DNA of 63,958 bases, the filler included, from Octopus bimaculoides (taxonomy: Eukaryota): the NCBI RefSeq assembly GCF_001194135.2. It is 5 parts of 4 records of this genome, joined end to end, with 100 filler letters (N's around TTAATTAATTAA, not from the genome) between each part and the next. Parts side by side here need not be neighbours in the genome. Positions count along the whole stretch, not along the records: positions 62,890 to 63,958 come from NW_026431127.1; 4 more parts are not named here. The stretch is one strand, 5' to 3'. Of this stretch, positions 62,924-63,958 are shown piece after piece (the first letter of the stretch is position 1; every line of letters starts with the position of its first letter). Below the pieces are notes generated by a model, which had not been told where the DNA came from, did not search any database, and saw only the letters and a program-made list of their open reading frames with translations. A program made the translations under genes and the position numbers.

Positions 62924-63958
62924 TTGTTATTGTTGTTGTTGTTCTGTTGTTGTTTTGTTGTTGTTGTTATTATTATTTATTATTATTAAGTAAGAGAGCA
63001 GCATACACCATCAGCGTGACACTGGGGAACAAATATACGAAGCCCAATATACTCATCGTGACTACCCATCTGATAAGGATACATCAAGCACATGCACCAC
63101 GACCATAAATGTACGTCATGGTGATCTCATATCATGATAAACAACGTATGATCTTGCAAGTAGGGCCCAGTTAGAATTTTCTTCAGGTCGATTAGCCATC
63201 CCACTCAAAAGATCCCTGAATAAGGGTTGTTTCAGAATGATGAACGAAACACTCATGTTTCCAGGAGTGAATTATTCAAATTCACCCTTAAAGAATCTCT
63301 CTCAACACATCACTATGATGCTCCACTGATTACTCCTGCTCGTGATCAGAGATGCACATATCGTCAACCACAAAGGGACATGTGCAACTGGTTAAGGTCA
63401 ATCAAATAAGCAGCAAATCAGCGGTATTGAGCAGAACATTTGCTGTAGCACGTCTTTTATTGCTGCTGCTGCTGNNNNNNNNNNGCTGCTGCTGCTGCTG
63501 CTGTTGTTATTGTTGTTGTTGTCCTTCCAACACAATACAATGAGCTTCTGTTTATTTTTTATAAGCCATTTAGTTATTCTAGTGATTGTATAGCTGCCGT
63601 CGTTGTTGCTGTTGTTTTCTTTGATTCCATGCCGAGGTTGCTTCTGATCAAGCAGATCTAGCGTATTATGAAAAGCACCCCTGTATTCTTTTCTATAGAC
63701 GCCTTCATGTAACCCCTCATCATATCATATCGTATTGTATTGTCCTTTATTGCCCTTTGTCTTTGTGAACCCTCTTGTATTGTACCGCATCCCTCATTCG
63801 TCGCCCTGGCTGCAAATAGAAGATATCCTCATCATCATCACCACCATTATCATCATCATCATAATCCTTATCATCATTGTTATTGTGGTTGTTGTGTGTG
63901 GCGGCGAATAACAGCTGCGTTTAACTCCATTTATCTATCTATCTATCTATCTATCTAT

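Overview
AT-rich, microsatellite-saturated animal genomic DNA from a gapped draft scaffold. The repeat content (three abundant tRNA-headed SINE families, dense (CA)n/(TA)n/(TAA)n tracts) looks like an octopus genome; this is inferred from recognising the repeats, not from a database search. One host gene is visible, on the minus strand: ten GT-AG exons (14542 down to 769) splice in frame to 288 aa plus stop. They form the C-terminal part of a FACIT-like collagen (COL2 / coiled-coil NC2 / COL1 with G-X-G imperfections / Cys-containing NC1 ending KGP). I found no further Gly-X-Y exon in the ~44 kb upstream; a well-bounded 25-nt candidate exon lies at 58592-58616. The rest is transposon debris: a Tc1-like element with DD36E spacing, L1/Tx1-like, CR1-like and RLE (R4/Dong-like) LINEs, a Penelope-like RT, several MITEs and dozens of SINEs. 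I cannot demonstrate a wholly new system. Best leads: (i) the collagen itself, including a skippable phase-0 hinge exon that creates an RGD and carries a Ser-Gly motif; (ii) RLE LINEs apparently targeted to (CATA)n and (TAA)n microsatellites; (iii) a TA-flanked composite insertion with a tRNA-like core; (iv) an inverted SINE pair sharing a private variant; (v) a decayed hammerhead-like motif upstream of the Penelope RT. Most ORF-track entries are microsatellite or N-gap artefacts.
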